Positions 13,270 to 24,514 of a stretch of 64,000 nucleotides of DNA are shown here, piece after piece. The DNA comes from Octopus vulgaris (Eukaryota): contig OX597835.1 of the NCBI GenBank assembly GCA_951406725.2, positions 23,188,001-23,252,000 on the forward strand. The letters run 5' to 3'. Each line of letters starts with the position of its first letter. Within the stretch, counting starts at the first letter, position 1. The notes below the pieces were generated by a model. The model was not told where the DNA came from. It worked only from the letters and a program-made list of their open reading frames with translations, and searched no databases. The translations under genes and the position numbers were made by a program.

Positions 13270-13503
13270 CAAAAAATGGAAGGTGCAGTTATGTACAGGT
13301 TGACGGAAGAAAAACAGGACAAAAACGGCTTTATCGATTGCATTCTCACCTGGAATCGATTTTTGTAATTTTTTCAAGACTTATACACGTCCTGATACCG
13401 TCGGTATCTACATATCAAATTTGAGCGCAATCCGATGGAGGATGCCCGAGACCCGAGAAGACACACACACATAGACAGACAGTACGGATTTTATATAATA
13501 GAT
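13270..13503 (-). mobile_element. Helitron-like non-autonomous element, 5' end
   Basis: Minus strand begins A|TCTATTATATAAAATCCGTACTGTCTGTCT; CpG-rich, so probably young. Confidence 0.5.
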
Positions 13504-14396
13504 AATTATATACATGTTCATACATGTGGGTGTTCATGTTTACTTAAACTCTGACTGGCTCCCTGTGCCAGTGGCATGTAAAAAGCACCATCTGAACATA
13601 GTCAATGCCCCTTCGCCCCAACTGGCTCCTGTGCTGGCGGCATGTAAAAAGCATCATCTGAACATGGCCGATGTCAGTGCCGCCTGAGTGGAGTGGTTGG
13701 CATTAGAAAGGGCATCCAACTGTAAAAACACTGCCAGATCAGATTGGAGTCTGGTGCGGCCTCCTGGCTTACCAGTCCCCAGTCAAACCATCCAACTCAT
13801 GCCAGCATGGAAAACGGACGTTAAACAATAATGATGACGATGTGGTAATGGCGTTGAGAGTATATATCTACCAATGTGTGAGTATATCAGTGTATGTGGG
13901 TGTGTTGCGGTAATAACTTAAATCCAAATTCAAAACAAAAAAAAAATTGTCAGTGGACAGACAAAGAAGCATGGAGAATCAAAAAGGGAAAGAGGGAAAT
14001 AGATATATAGATGCAAGTGAAACCTGCTTAATACCTACTTAAGGGATCACACCCTCACCTCTATGCCTCTCCCTGACTTTGGCTTCATATTCTATCTCTA
14101 AACAATTAGATCAAACCCAACAAACGTGTCCCTTTATATATGATTTGCCAGTGCCGTCGGACTGGGTCCCATGTTGGTGGCACGTAAAAAGCACCATTGG
14201 AGCATGGTCGATGCCAGTGTCACCTGACTGGCTCCCGTGCCGGTGGCACATAAAGAGCACCTACTACACTTTTGGAGTGGCTGATGTTAGGAAGGGCATC
14301 CAGCTGTAGAAACCTTGCCAAATCAGATTGGGAGCCTGATGCAGCCTCCTAGCTTGCCAGTCCTCAGTCAACCTGTCCAACACATGCCAGGATGGA

Positions 14397-14631
14397 AAGG
14401 CGGCGAGCTGGCAGAAACGTTAGCGCGCCGGACAAAATGCTGAGCGGTATTTCGTCTGCCGCTACGTTCTGAGTTCAAATTCCGCCGAGGTCGACTTTGC
14501 CTTTCATCCTTTCGGGGTCGATAAATTAAGTACCAGTTACGCACTGGGGGTCGATGTAATCGACTTAATACCTATGTCTGTCCTTGTTTGTCCCCTCTAT
14601 GTTTAGCCCCTTGTGGGTAATAAAGAAATAG
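14397..14631 (+). mobile_element. SINE family C inserted in a family-A tail (14145-14396)
   Basis: Full head to tail ...CCCCTTGTGGGTAATAAAGAAATAG. Confidence 0.85.
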
Positions 14632-15064
14632 TTGATGATTGTGTGTGTGTGTGTGTGTGTAGGTATATGTATGTGATACATACATACATCACATTATATA
14701 CACGCATGCAAACTTATTTGTTTTGATGAAATGGAAAGGTCTACATAAATGTCCGATTGCTGTTTCTTTTTGTTCTCTTCTGATCTCATGAATATTTAAT
14801 TCTTTTATTCTTTCACTTGTTTCAGTCATTTGACTGTGGCCAAGCTGGAGCACCACCTTTAGTCGAAGAAATCGACCCCAGGACTTTACTTTGTAAACCT
14901 GGTACTTATTCTATCGGTGTCTTTTACCGAACCGCTAAGTTACGGGAACATAAACACACCAACATCGGTCATTAAGCGATGGAGGCGAGGACAAACACAG
15001 ACACACAAAATATTTGTTAATGACTATGTCTTATTATCAGTGTATTCCGTTTTATTATCTATTC

Positions 15065-15435
15065 TCTCTTTTTTACTCTCTTTTACTTGTTCCAGTCATC
15101 TGACTGCGGCCTTTAGTCGACTTATTCTTTGTAAGCCTAGTACTTATTCTATCAGTCTCTTTTTGCCGAACCGCTAAGTTACAGGGACATAAACACACCA
15201 GCATTGGTTGTCAAGCGATGTTGGGAGGACAAACACAGACACACAAACATAAATATATATATACATATACATGACAGGCTTCTTTCAGTTTCCGTCTACC
15301 AAATCCACTCACAAGGCTTTGGTCGGCCCGAGGCTATAGTAGGAGACACTTGCCCAAAGTGCCACGCAGTGGGACTGAACCCGGAACCATGTGGTTGGCA
15401 AGCAAGCTACTTACCACACAGCCACTCCTGCACCT
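15065..15435 (-). mobile_element. SINE family B, full length (preceded by a 3'-half copy at 14800-15010)
   Basis: Reverse complement of the family-B head, microsatellite and tail. Confidence 0.85.
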
Positions 15436-15491
15436 ATGATTCCTTATTCTTTTATCCTTGTATACTTCATTTTATTGCTTAAATGAGAAAA

Positions 15492-15635
15492 GTCATCTGA
15501 GGAGACATATCTGTAGCTATAATGCATGACGATTGTACAGCATCTCACCTGTAAAGTATGAGTGCATGATGAATCGAAACGATCGCAGTGGTTCTGAATA
15601 AAGAGTCTTGCAAATTTCATTTTCTGTCTCTCATC
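15492..15635 (+). ncRNA. Degenerate type-I hammerhead motif in a Penelope-like terminus
   Basis: CTGAGGA (15497-15503), long stem II region, CGAAACGATCGCA, then AATAAA. Homologous copy at 39151-39280. Confidence 0.5.
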
Positions 15636-15687
15636 TTTGCACACACAAACACACACACAAGCTTTATATTCATATTGAATTACATAC

Positions 15688-15850
15688 AGGCGCAGGAGTG
15701 GCTGTGTGGTAAGTAGCTTGCTAACCAACCACATGGTTCCGGGTTCAGTCCCACTGCGTGGCATCTTGGGCAAGTGTCTTCTGCTATAGCCTCGGGCCGA
15801 CCAAAGCCTTGTGAGTAGATTTGGTAGACAGAAACTGAAAGAAGCCTGTC

Positions 15851-15900
<50 letters not shown>

Positions 15901-16102
15901 TTGTGTTTGTACCCCTAGCATTGCTTGACAACCGATGCTGGTGTGCATACGTCCCCGTCACTTAGCGGTCCGGCAAAAAGAGACCGATAGAATAAGTACT
16001 GGGCTTACAAAGAATAAGTCCCGGGGTCGATTTGCTCGACTAAAGGCGGTGCTCCAGCATGGCCGCAGTCAAATGACTGAAACAAGTAAAAGAGTAAAAG
16101 AG
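15688..16102 (+). mobile_element. SINE family B, full length, young
   Basis: Near-consensus head, (TA)n(TG)n middle, (GTAAAAGA)n tail; CpGs intact. Confidence 0.9.
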
Positions 16103-16804
16103 TATATGTATGTGTATACACACACACACATACACAGAGCGAAAGATGGGATGGAAATTTCAGTACAAAGTGTTTCAAAAAATGAGCAAATCTTAAAAAA
16201 ATTTGGAGGCTCGGTTGGTTAGTTAGTTGATTCAAATAAGATTTTGTATAGTTTTAGATTGCCTTTAAATAAATAAATAAAAATTTAAACATTAACACAC
16301 ACACACACACATACAAAGTCACACATACATACAGCTATAGTTGTTCAACATGAAAAAAAAAGTAGCTGTCTTGTGATACAAAAAAATTTAAACTATTGAC
16401 ATATATTATAAAACTTAAAATGTGTCTGCCTGCCTCTCACTTTTCCTGACTGCCTAAGCTTCTCTCTCTCTCTCTCTTAATGGTTCTCTTTCGCCTTTCT
16501 TTGTCAATCTAACTCTCTCTCTTTCCACGTTCTCCTTTAAACAAACAGGATCTATTTGAAAAACTATCAAGTCATACACACATTTCTACAATTACAAAAC
16601 CACAACACTGTCATCTAATTGGGATTAATTAGCATTACATATAAAAAGTATGAAAGAAGCCAGCTACAAGTTACCAACAAATAACATCCTCACCACCACC
16701 ACCACCACACAGCAAATCTTCATTTGTCGTTTTATTAAATTGCCAACTAACGCAATATGTTGTCCGTATACATATTCAACTGAGACAAACAGTTTGAAGC
16801 AAGC

Positions 16805-17020
16805 CGATGAAGGAGCCACTATGCAACCATTCAACCTGCTGGAAATAGCAACCAAATCTCCTTCAGGTCATACATAGCTTGCTTTCTTAGGAAAGAATAC
16901 ATTGGATTATGCAGTATTGTGCTCCAAGCACCTAGGAAAAAAGAAGAGGTGGTCATGATTGGAAACCCTTTGACCATATATCTGCCCAATCAGGGCTAAT
17001 CTAGGGCTGAACAACACACA
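16805..17020 (+). repeat. Old dispersed repeat family E (unclassified, SINE-like)
   Basis: CCATTCAACCTGCTGGAAATAGCAACCAAATCT...GGGCTGAACAAC. Diverged copies near 18050-18290, 18600-18770, 25020-25405, 27135-27330 and 57960-58070. Confidence 0.55.
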
Positions 17021-17384
17021 AAAATATAGTATGTGTAGGTTTGTATTTGAATGCTATACTTCAGTGTATCTTTGTTGGAGAGTGTGTGTGTGTGTGTGTG
17101 AGTCTACTGTGTGTACATGCTGGCCTTGTCAGATACGATGACATAGCATGAATGGCATAAAGTGTATGAAATGCTCATCGTCTTAAGCAATTCAGTTTAT
17201 CATACAACTTGAATATACCATAAAATGCACGCGTGCGTGTGTGTATCAAAATAGTCAAATGTTCCCCCAAAAGAAGGAAAACAACCATCTTTTTTCAGTC
17301 TCTGGACAGATATTTACACAATCCAAGAAACAACAGTTTATTTTCACTTGCATTTCATAAAAAAAATCTATCTTTGCCTTCGCT

Positions 17385-18000
17385 CACTCACTCAATTAAG
17401 ACCTTTGTTCCCTGTGGAGCATAAGCCATCAATGTCTTTCCTCTACTGTTCTTAACTTTGGGCTACCTTTTCAAAGGGGCTGAGAAGATTCAGCAGAAAA
17501 GAATGAGAATTTTTGGTCACAGCATCAGGCACCCAGAAGAACCTGTGCATCAACTGGTCCTATGACAGTCAGTTGAAGGAAGAATCAATAGGAAAGAAAA
17601 CATTATTGTGCTTCTGGACAGTGAAAATGGTAAATGTCAATGAATTAAGATCCTGCATGGGGACCATGATGGATGATATGCTCAAGTGAAATCACTGAAG
17701 CGACCAGAAGGACGGTCAAACTAAACTAAAGCTTGTTCCAAGTCTTACTGGCTTTGAATTGTCATCGATGTTCCCACAAGTTTGCTTTTCTTTTTTCTTT
17801 TTAAAGTAAGGGTTTTGGTCCTACACAAACCCATTTTTTACTTCTTAGAAGAGGTAGTCCATATTAGTGTGGCTTCCATCCTTTGACCTGTCCAACACGA
17901 GAGGTCCTATGAGGAACCTTCGCTCCAATGACATAGTTCTCAATGTCACTGAGGCCTGCAAGCCACCACCCCACAAGTACTGGACCTTGTGGTGGTTCTT
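17385..18000 (-). mobile_element. Bipartite RTE-derived element (5' and 3' ends) with another RTE C-terminal fragment inserted on + (17470-17730)
   Basis: 17740-17980 resembles RTE/Expander 5' UTRs (second copy 26140-26360, +). 17385-17460 resembles an RTE 3' end (GGCTTATGCTCCACAGGGAAC). The insert translates QQKRMRIFGHSIRHPEEPVHQLVL. Confidence 0.5.
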
Positions 18001-19169
18001 TGCCTTCAACTAACACTGAAAGAAAAGAGTCCTTTTACAGTAACCTGACCAAGTAAAAACTGTATTTCAGTTCCCTTGAGTTGCATCTAATACATCTTAA
18101 AGAAAAAAAAAAATTGAAGAAAATAAGAGACACCAGATAATGAAGTCTTAGATATAAAGACAGAAGGGTCATGGATGGGCGACAGCATAGAGAGGGAGGA
18201 GGGAGACACAGAGAGGGAGAGAGATGAGGATAGAGAAATTTGGCTGTTGTTTTTAGCAGACTGAATGACCCTGCAGAAATGCCTTGGTCTTCAGGTGGTC
18301 ATGTGGTAGTCATGATAGACATGGTTGACTATTAGTCTGTTCTATATGTGACCCCTAATTTCAAGGACATGCCACAAATGTAAACTGACAGAAAGGTTGT
18401 CTGCACTGGCTGAATAGGGATGGGTTGGTGACTTCAAGTTGGTTATCTTAAATACAAGTTGAGACAAGTGAAATAGCATTAACGTATTACAAATTAATAT
18501 TTTGAATTGACAGGGTTACAACAAGAGCACTGATAAAATCCTATTGCAAATGAATTGTTTAGTCTAGTCTGCACAACATGGAAGTTCAACTAATAAAGAC
18601 CACCACATACAGACGGAATTGTGCAAAGCCCTCCCTATCTACATAACAGCTAAATCACTTTCAAATTGTATTCTAGTGTCTTCGAAAAATCATAATTGGT
18701 GGAGTGACAATTTGATGACAATGTAGTTTGGAGTTATATAAGAGGATGATCACAGCTGGAATAATTTCAATCACATGGACATACATGTGTGTGTATGTGT
18801 GTGTGTAGAAATAATAATCTTTTCTAGTACAGCCACAAGACTGGAAATTTTGGAGTGGAGGTCAGTCAATTACATTGGCCCCAGGGCTCAAGTGGTACTT
18901 ATTTTATCAAATATAAATACAAACACATGCATACATACATGCACACACACACACGCAATTAGTTTTATGTCCTTTTCCCTGTGCCAGCAGGACTTAGACA
19001 GCTGTATTATTGAACCACGGATGCTATTCCTGTTACCAACCCATGACAGGATTTTCAAAGAAAGGATCTCTTATTTCACAAATCTCCAAAAATGCTAAGC
19101 CAGGGGAAGGATTTGTTAGCAGGAGAATTGACAACAGTGTCAGTGCAATACTCAGTCAATATGCATAGA

Positions 19170-19186
19170 GACACATACATACAAAT

Positions 19187-19217
<31 letters not shown>

Positions 19218-19240
19218 GACATACACACATATACAGGCAT

Positions 19241-19271
<31 letters not shown>

Positions 19272-19468
19272 CACACACACATATACAGGCATACACACAC
19301 ACACATATATATATATATACACACACACACATATACAGGCATACACACACACACACACATATACACACATATACAGGCATATACACACATATACAGGCAT
19401 ACACACACACACACACATATATATACACACATATTTACAAACACACACATATATATAGGCATACACAT
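19170..19468. repeat. Compound minisatellite built from (CA)n(TA)n and ATACAGGCAT units
   Basis: ATATACAGGCATACACAC-type unit recurs about 5 times within TA/CA runs. Confidence 0.9.
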
Positions 19469-19715
19469 ATCTCTATATATAAATGGCAATTTCTGTCTGT
19501 CTGTATGCCTGTTACCATCTTAGTGCCTAAACCAGAGAACCAATATTCACAAAACTTTGCATACATGTTACACTAACATCCAGTTCAATAATAGACTAAT
19601 TGGATTTCAATTAAAGTCTATAATCTGCAAGGGCATTGGGCAAATTTTATGATAAAATGAAAAAGTTGCAAAAAGTATTAGTGTGAGGGAAAGTTAGTAA
19701 TAGAGAGAGTGGGTG
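19469..19715 (+). mobile_element. Helitron-like non-autonomous element, 5' end
   Basis: A|TCTCTATATATAAATGGCAATTTCTGTCTGTCTGT...CCAATATTCACAAAACTTTGCATAC. Confidence 0.5.
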
Positions 19716-20045
19716 ACTTATATCAGTGAAGGCGAGAACAATGGCAATGAGATGATGTTACTACAGCTGCCATATACACATGATGCTGCATACATACTTT
19801 CATAAATACATAGATACAACACACACACACAGAGAAAGGGGGGTGTGAGGAAGACATAGCTTTGAGAGAGGGAGTAGGTAGCTTTTCTGCTGTCCATTGC
19901 AAAAAAACACAAACAGACACACCCACACACATACATGGTCTGATCAATAAATATCTGGACTGTTGCCATAGTGATGAAACTAAAGCACACAAAGTGAAGC
20001 CACTTAGCACAGATTGAACCTTGAACTCTGCTGTGCATGTACATT

Positions 20046-20560
20046 AAGTTTCAACGTTCTAGCTCACTTCTGCTGTTTACAGCAGTGCTTGGAAGGATGG
20101 TGTGTAGCATGTGATCCTCACAATGACCATGCAGAGAATCTGCATCAGATTTTGCCGGAAGTTTGGTGATACCTGCTCAGAGGCCTACACAAAGTTTTCA
20201 AAGAGCTTTCATCGTTCTCAATTCAGTGAAGGAAATCTTGTGCAACTGAAACCCGAGAGTCTTTTTGGTCAGTTGAAAGCAGTTTTGGAACAAACTTGGC
20301 AGACACGTGTCTCATACTCAAATCTTCAGTGATAATGGACTGAACTGAACCATAACCAATCTGCACATCCTGATAACTCACGGACGGTGATTCAACAATT
20401 TCCCCTCACAGCTGCATGCACATCTGCAATGTTTTTCTCAGGTTGCAGGTCTCCCAGAATGTTCTAGAAATTTTGGCTATCTTGGAAACGTCTGTACCAC
20501 TCTTACACTTGTATGCAAGTTATATACTCCTCTCCATACAGTTCATTTTGAACTCATGAT
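20046..20560. mobile_element. Mariner fragment with internal inversion
   Basis: + strand MQRICIRFCRKFGDTCSEAYTK; the continuation (EWYRRFQ...IITEDLSMRHVSAKFVPKLLSTDQK) lies on the - strand at about 20195-20545. Confidence 0.75.
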
Positions 20561-20789
20561 TACCTGTGTATACATTTGTAAATGTGTGTGTGTATATGGG
20601 TGGTGTCCTATAACTGTCTGTCTCTCTACTTTGTAGGGTCTTCCAGGTGTAGAAATATTGCCAGGTCTGATCGGAGCCCGTGTGGCCTCCTGGCTTGCCA
20701 GTCCCCAGTTAAACCATCCAGTCCATGCCAGCATGGAAAACAGACATTAAACGATGATGATGATGATATATATACACATACATACATAC

Positions 20790-21090
20790 ATCATGGCTCG
20801 GCTTCGCGAACGAAGATCAGGAAGGCTGTCCACGTCACATGCATGTACACTCATGACTGACAAGTCTGATATGGGAAAGGCAGGTCCGTGAGCAGTGTCC
20901 ACAGATGAAGGTAACATCCAGCTCGTGCCTTCCTCCTGCGTCTCTTCTTTATTTCTCAAACTTGCTGACTGCGTTGAAGATCGTGTGGCACCAGACATCA
21001 CGGTCCGCAGCCAGGTCTGACCAGCATTGCTGTTAGAGACTTCTTGAGGCAGTCTTTGTAGCGCTTCCTCGGAGCTCCTCACACTCGGTG
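20790..21090 (-). mobile_element. RTE LINE C-terminal fragment
   Basis: Translates APRKRYKDCLKKSL and DRDVWCHTIFNAVSKFEK; ends in an RTE-like CTTCGTTCGCGAAGCCGAGCC(ATG) tail. Confidence 0.65.
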
Positions 21091-22373
21091 GTGAGTTCTA
21101 AATACATACATACATAGTCATCATCACCATTTAATGTCCACTTTCCATGCTGGTATAGGTTAGACAGTTTGACTGGAATGGATAAGCCAGAGAGCTGCAT
21201 CAGGTTCCAGTCCGATTGGCATGGTTTCTAAGGCTTGATGCCCTTCCTAACGCCAACCACTCCACAGAGTGGAATGAGTACTTTTTACCTGCTGAGGTGG
21301 GGGAGAAATAATGTCTGCTTGCCTTCATATCACATGGTAGTTGCAAATGATTGCCACTGTCATGCAAGTGGTGTCAGCATGTCTGGTGATAGGAGAATTA
21401 TTACCTTACTGGGAAACAGGCGAGGATTGGTCACAGGAAAGGGTATCTGGCCACATAAAATCCACCTCAACAAAATTCCATGCAACCCATGCAAGAGTGG
21501 AAAAATGGAAGCTGAAACAATGATGATATTTCAATGTAGGAATCGATAGAAGGGCCAATATTTTTCAAGAAGACGGAGCCCCTGGCCTTGCCAGCAAAGT
21601 GTCACAAGCATGGAAAAGAACTCACAAAATTAAATTTCTGAAATAGGTTGATCAAAGCCCTGATCTCCAATCTCCTGATTCTCCTATCACCAGACATCCA
21701 ATAAGAACACATAGACAAACCTCTTGATAGAAGGTTGCAAGGTACTGAAAAATTACAAAAATGATAGTGCTGAAAGAAGTATTGACCAACAAGTGGATAA
21801 ATACGGATTATTTTGACATTGATAATTTAATAAAATCCATGTTATTAGCTAAAGGAAAGGTTACAAAATTTTTTTATTACAAGTTGTATTTTATTATTCT
21901 AGCAATAAAATCATTGCAGGCCACTGAATAATATACATAAACATACACACACAGATATATATATATGCACACACACACACACAATCATCATCATCATTTA
22001 ATGTCTGTTTTCCATGCCGGCATGGATTGGATGGTTTGACTGAAAACTGGTAAGCCAGGGAGCTGCACCAAGTTCCAATCTAATTTAGCATGATTTCTAC
22101 AGTTGGATGCCCTTCCTAATACCAACCACTCCAAGAGTGTAGTGGGTGCTTTTTATGTGCCACCAACACAGGTGCCAATTATATGACACCGGCACCTTCC
22201 TTGAGGCAAAATCTTGTACAGCTGAATGCCCTTCCTATCACCAACCCTCACCTGTTTCCAAACAAAGACAATAATATTTTCCTGTGTTTTTACAGAAGAT
22301 AGAAAATAAAGGACACCACTTACATGTTAATAACGTTTACAACTATCATGCAAGGCGACACAAGCACACACAA

Positions 22374-22412
<39 letters not shown>

Positions 22413-23664
22413 TATAGAAAGGCTTCATCAGGCCCACTGCCAGATTTGACTGGGCCTGATGAAGCCTTTCTGGCTTCACAGACCCCAGTAGAACCGTCCA
22501 ACCCATGCTAGCATGGAAAACGGACGCTAAACGATGATGATGATGATGATATACATATATATACACACACACACACACACGACAGGCTTCTTTCAGTTTC
22601 CATCTACCGAATCCATTCACAAGGCTTTGGTTGACCTAGGACTATAGTGAAAGATACTTGCCCAAGGTGCCACACAGTGGGACTGAACCTGAAACCACAA
22701 TGTCACACCAGCATATGTTCACGCTTTCTCGATCACTTTCTTTCTCTCTCTCTCTGGCCGGGTACCCCTGTACCTCCTCTACAATGAGACACCCATTTCC
22801 ATCTCTGTTACTCTCAACCTTTCACCATCTGGCACAAGATCACCTCCACCAATTCCCCCTCCTCTTTCAAAGGATCTGGCAAGTTATTTGAAGACCCTGC
22901 CAGTGTTGGTGCCATATAAAAAGAACCCACCTGTGCTCATGCCATGTAAAAAGCACTCTGTCCACTCTGCTGGGTGGTTGATGTTAGGAAGGGCATCCAG
23001 CTGTAAAAACCATGCCAAAACAGACACAGAAGTCTGGTGAGCTCTTCTGTCTGGCCAGCTCCTGTAATATTGTCCAACTCATGCCAACATGGAAGGCAGA
23101 CATTAAACGATGATGATATAATTATATATATATGTACAGTATATGGATTTATAATCAAGGTGTAACCCCATACTAGTGCAGACATATAAAATAATTTATT
23201 ATACACTAAAATAAATTATTTTTGCCGGATGTTAGCTGCAAAAAGGCCATTATCCTCTCTCTCTCTCTGTATGTGTGTATATATATATATATATATCATC
23301 TGGTGAAATAAATATATTCATTTCATACTCCTGCCTTTATATATACACACACATATACACATAAATACATACAAACACATATACACACACATGTATATAC
23401 ACATACACACACACACATATATATATATATACACACAGATATATATAGAAACACATATACATCATAATCGTTTAATGTCCGATTTCCATGCTAGCATGGG
23501 TTGGACGCTTCGACCAGGGTCTGGGAAGCCAGGAGACTGCGCCAGGCTCCAGTCTGACCTGGCAGTGTTTCTACATAGACAAATATATACATATATATAC
23601 ATACAGACACATATATACATACATAGACACATACATACATAGACACATATATACACACACATAC

Positions 23665-24120
23665 ATTATAACTGTTAAAGAGGACAACAAACGTTAAGGC
23701 AAGACAAACATTTCAAGACGTATACATTATTACTATTGGAAAAATTCCAAGTCTTACAGCTGTTTCCAGGATATCCTGGTGTATGGGAATTTCTCCAGTC
23801 ACCAGAGACAATTAGGGGAAATACCTTCTCATTTACCCAATTTGTCTCTGATGACAGAATATCCCATACTCTGGGATATCCCAGAAAAAGCTGTAAGAGT
23901 GAATTTTTCCAGTAATAATAATATATATGACTTGAAATATTTGTCTTGCCTTAACATTTGTCGTGCTCTTTAACAATTATATATCCGCTATATCAGAAAT
24001 CTGCAATGGGTCCATAACTACCATCTTGGCTATAACCTTGGAGTCCTGGTAATCCATTACAGCACTTACCTAGCGTACCTAGTCATTTAGATCACCAGTG
24101 AACTAAACCCCCATACTTTG
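23665..24120. ncRNA. Penelope-like palindrome with two divergent, near-complete minimal hammerhead ribozymes
   Basis: Arms 23665-23815 and 23835-23982. Plus: TGTCT CTGATGA ...ATATCCCA tactc TGGGATAT... GAAA AAGCTGTA AGAG (23843-23899). Minus: TGTCT CTGGTGA ... GAAA CAGCTGTA AGAC (23810-23751). Confidence 0.7.
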
Positions 24121-24148
24121 TATGTATGTATATATGTATGTGCATGTA

Positions 24149-24195
<47 letters not shown>

Positions 24196-24197
<2 letters not shown>

Positions 24198-24514
24198 CGA
24201 GGCTCACCAATGGAGAAGTTCTTAAGCAGATAAGGTCGAAAATGTCGCTAGAAGCTAGGATCACCAAGCATAGATTGGCATGTTTCGGTCATATTACGCG
24301 GAGAAAATCCCTGGAGAAGGACATCATGCTCGGAATGGTCAGTGGCAAGAGAGGAAGAGGCTGACCAAGAACCCGCTGGCTTGACACCATCAAGAGTGAT
24401 ACCGGAATGGACATAGCCAGTCTGAAAGAAGCGGCCCAGGATAGAACTGACTGGAGGACACTGATCCAATGAGTGACCGAGAGTCGACTTTGACTGAGCG
24501 GTTAGAAGAAGAAG
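24196..24514 (+). mobile_element. RTE (BovB-like) LINE 3' end with (AAG)n tail in a (TA)n site
   Basis: RLTNGEVLKQIRSKMSLEARITKHRLACFGHITRRKSLEKDIMLGMVSGKRGRG*PRTRWLDTIKSDTG. Confidence 0.85.

Noticed and set aside
19076-19523. Long Cys/Val/Tyr- and His/Thr/Ile-rich ORFs (many across the window)
   Set aside because: Translations of (TG)n/(TA)n/(CA)n microsatellites.
22455-22490. CTGATGAAGCC..GGCT in family A as a hammerhead
   Set aside because: No GAAA follows the stem, and most copies read CTGGTGCAG.
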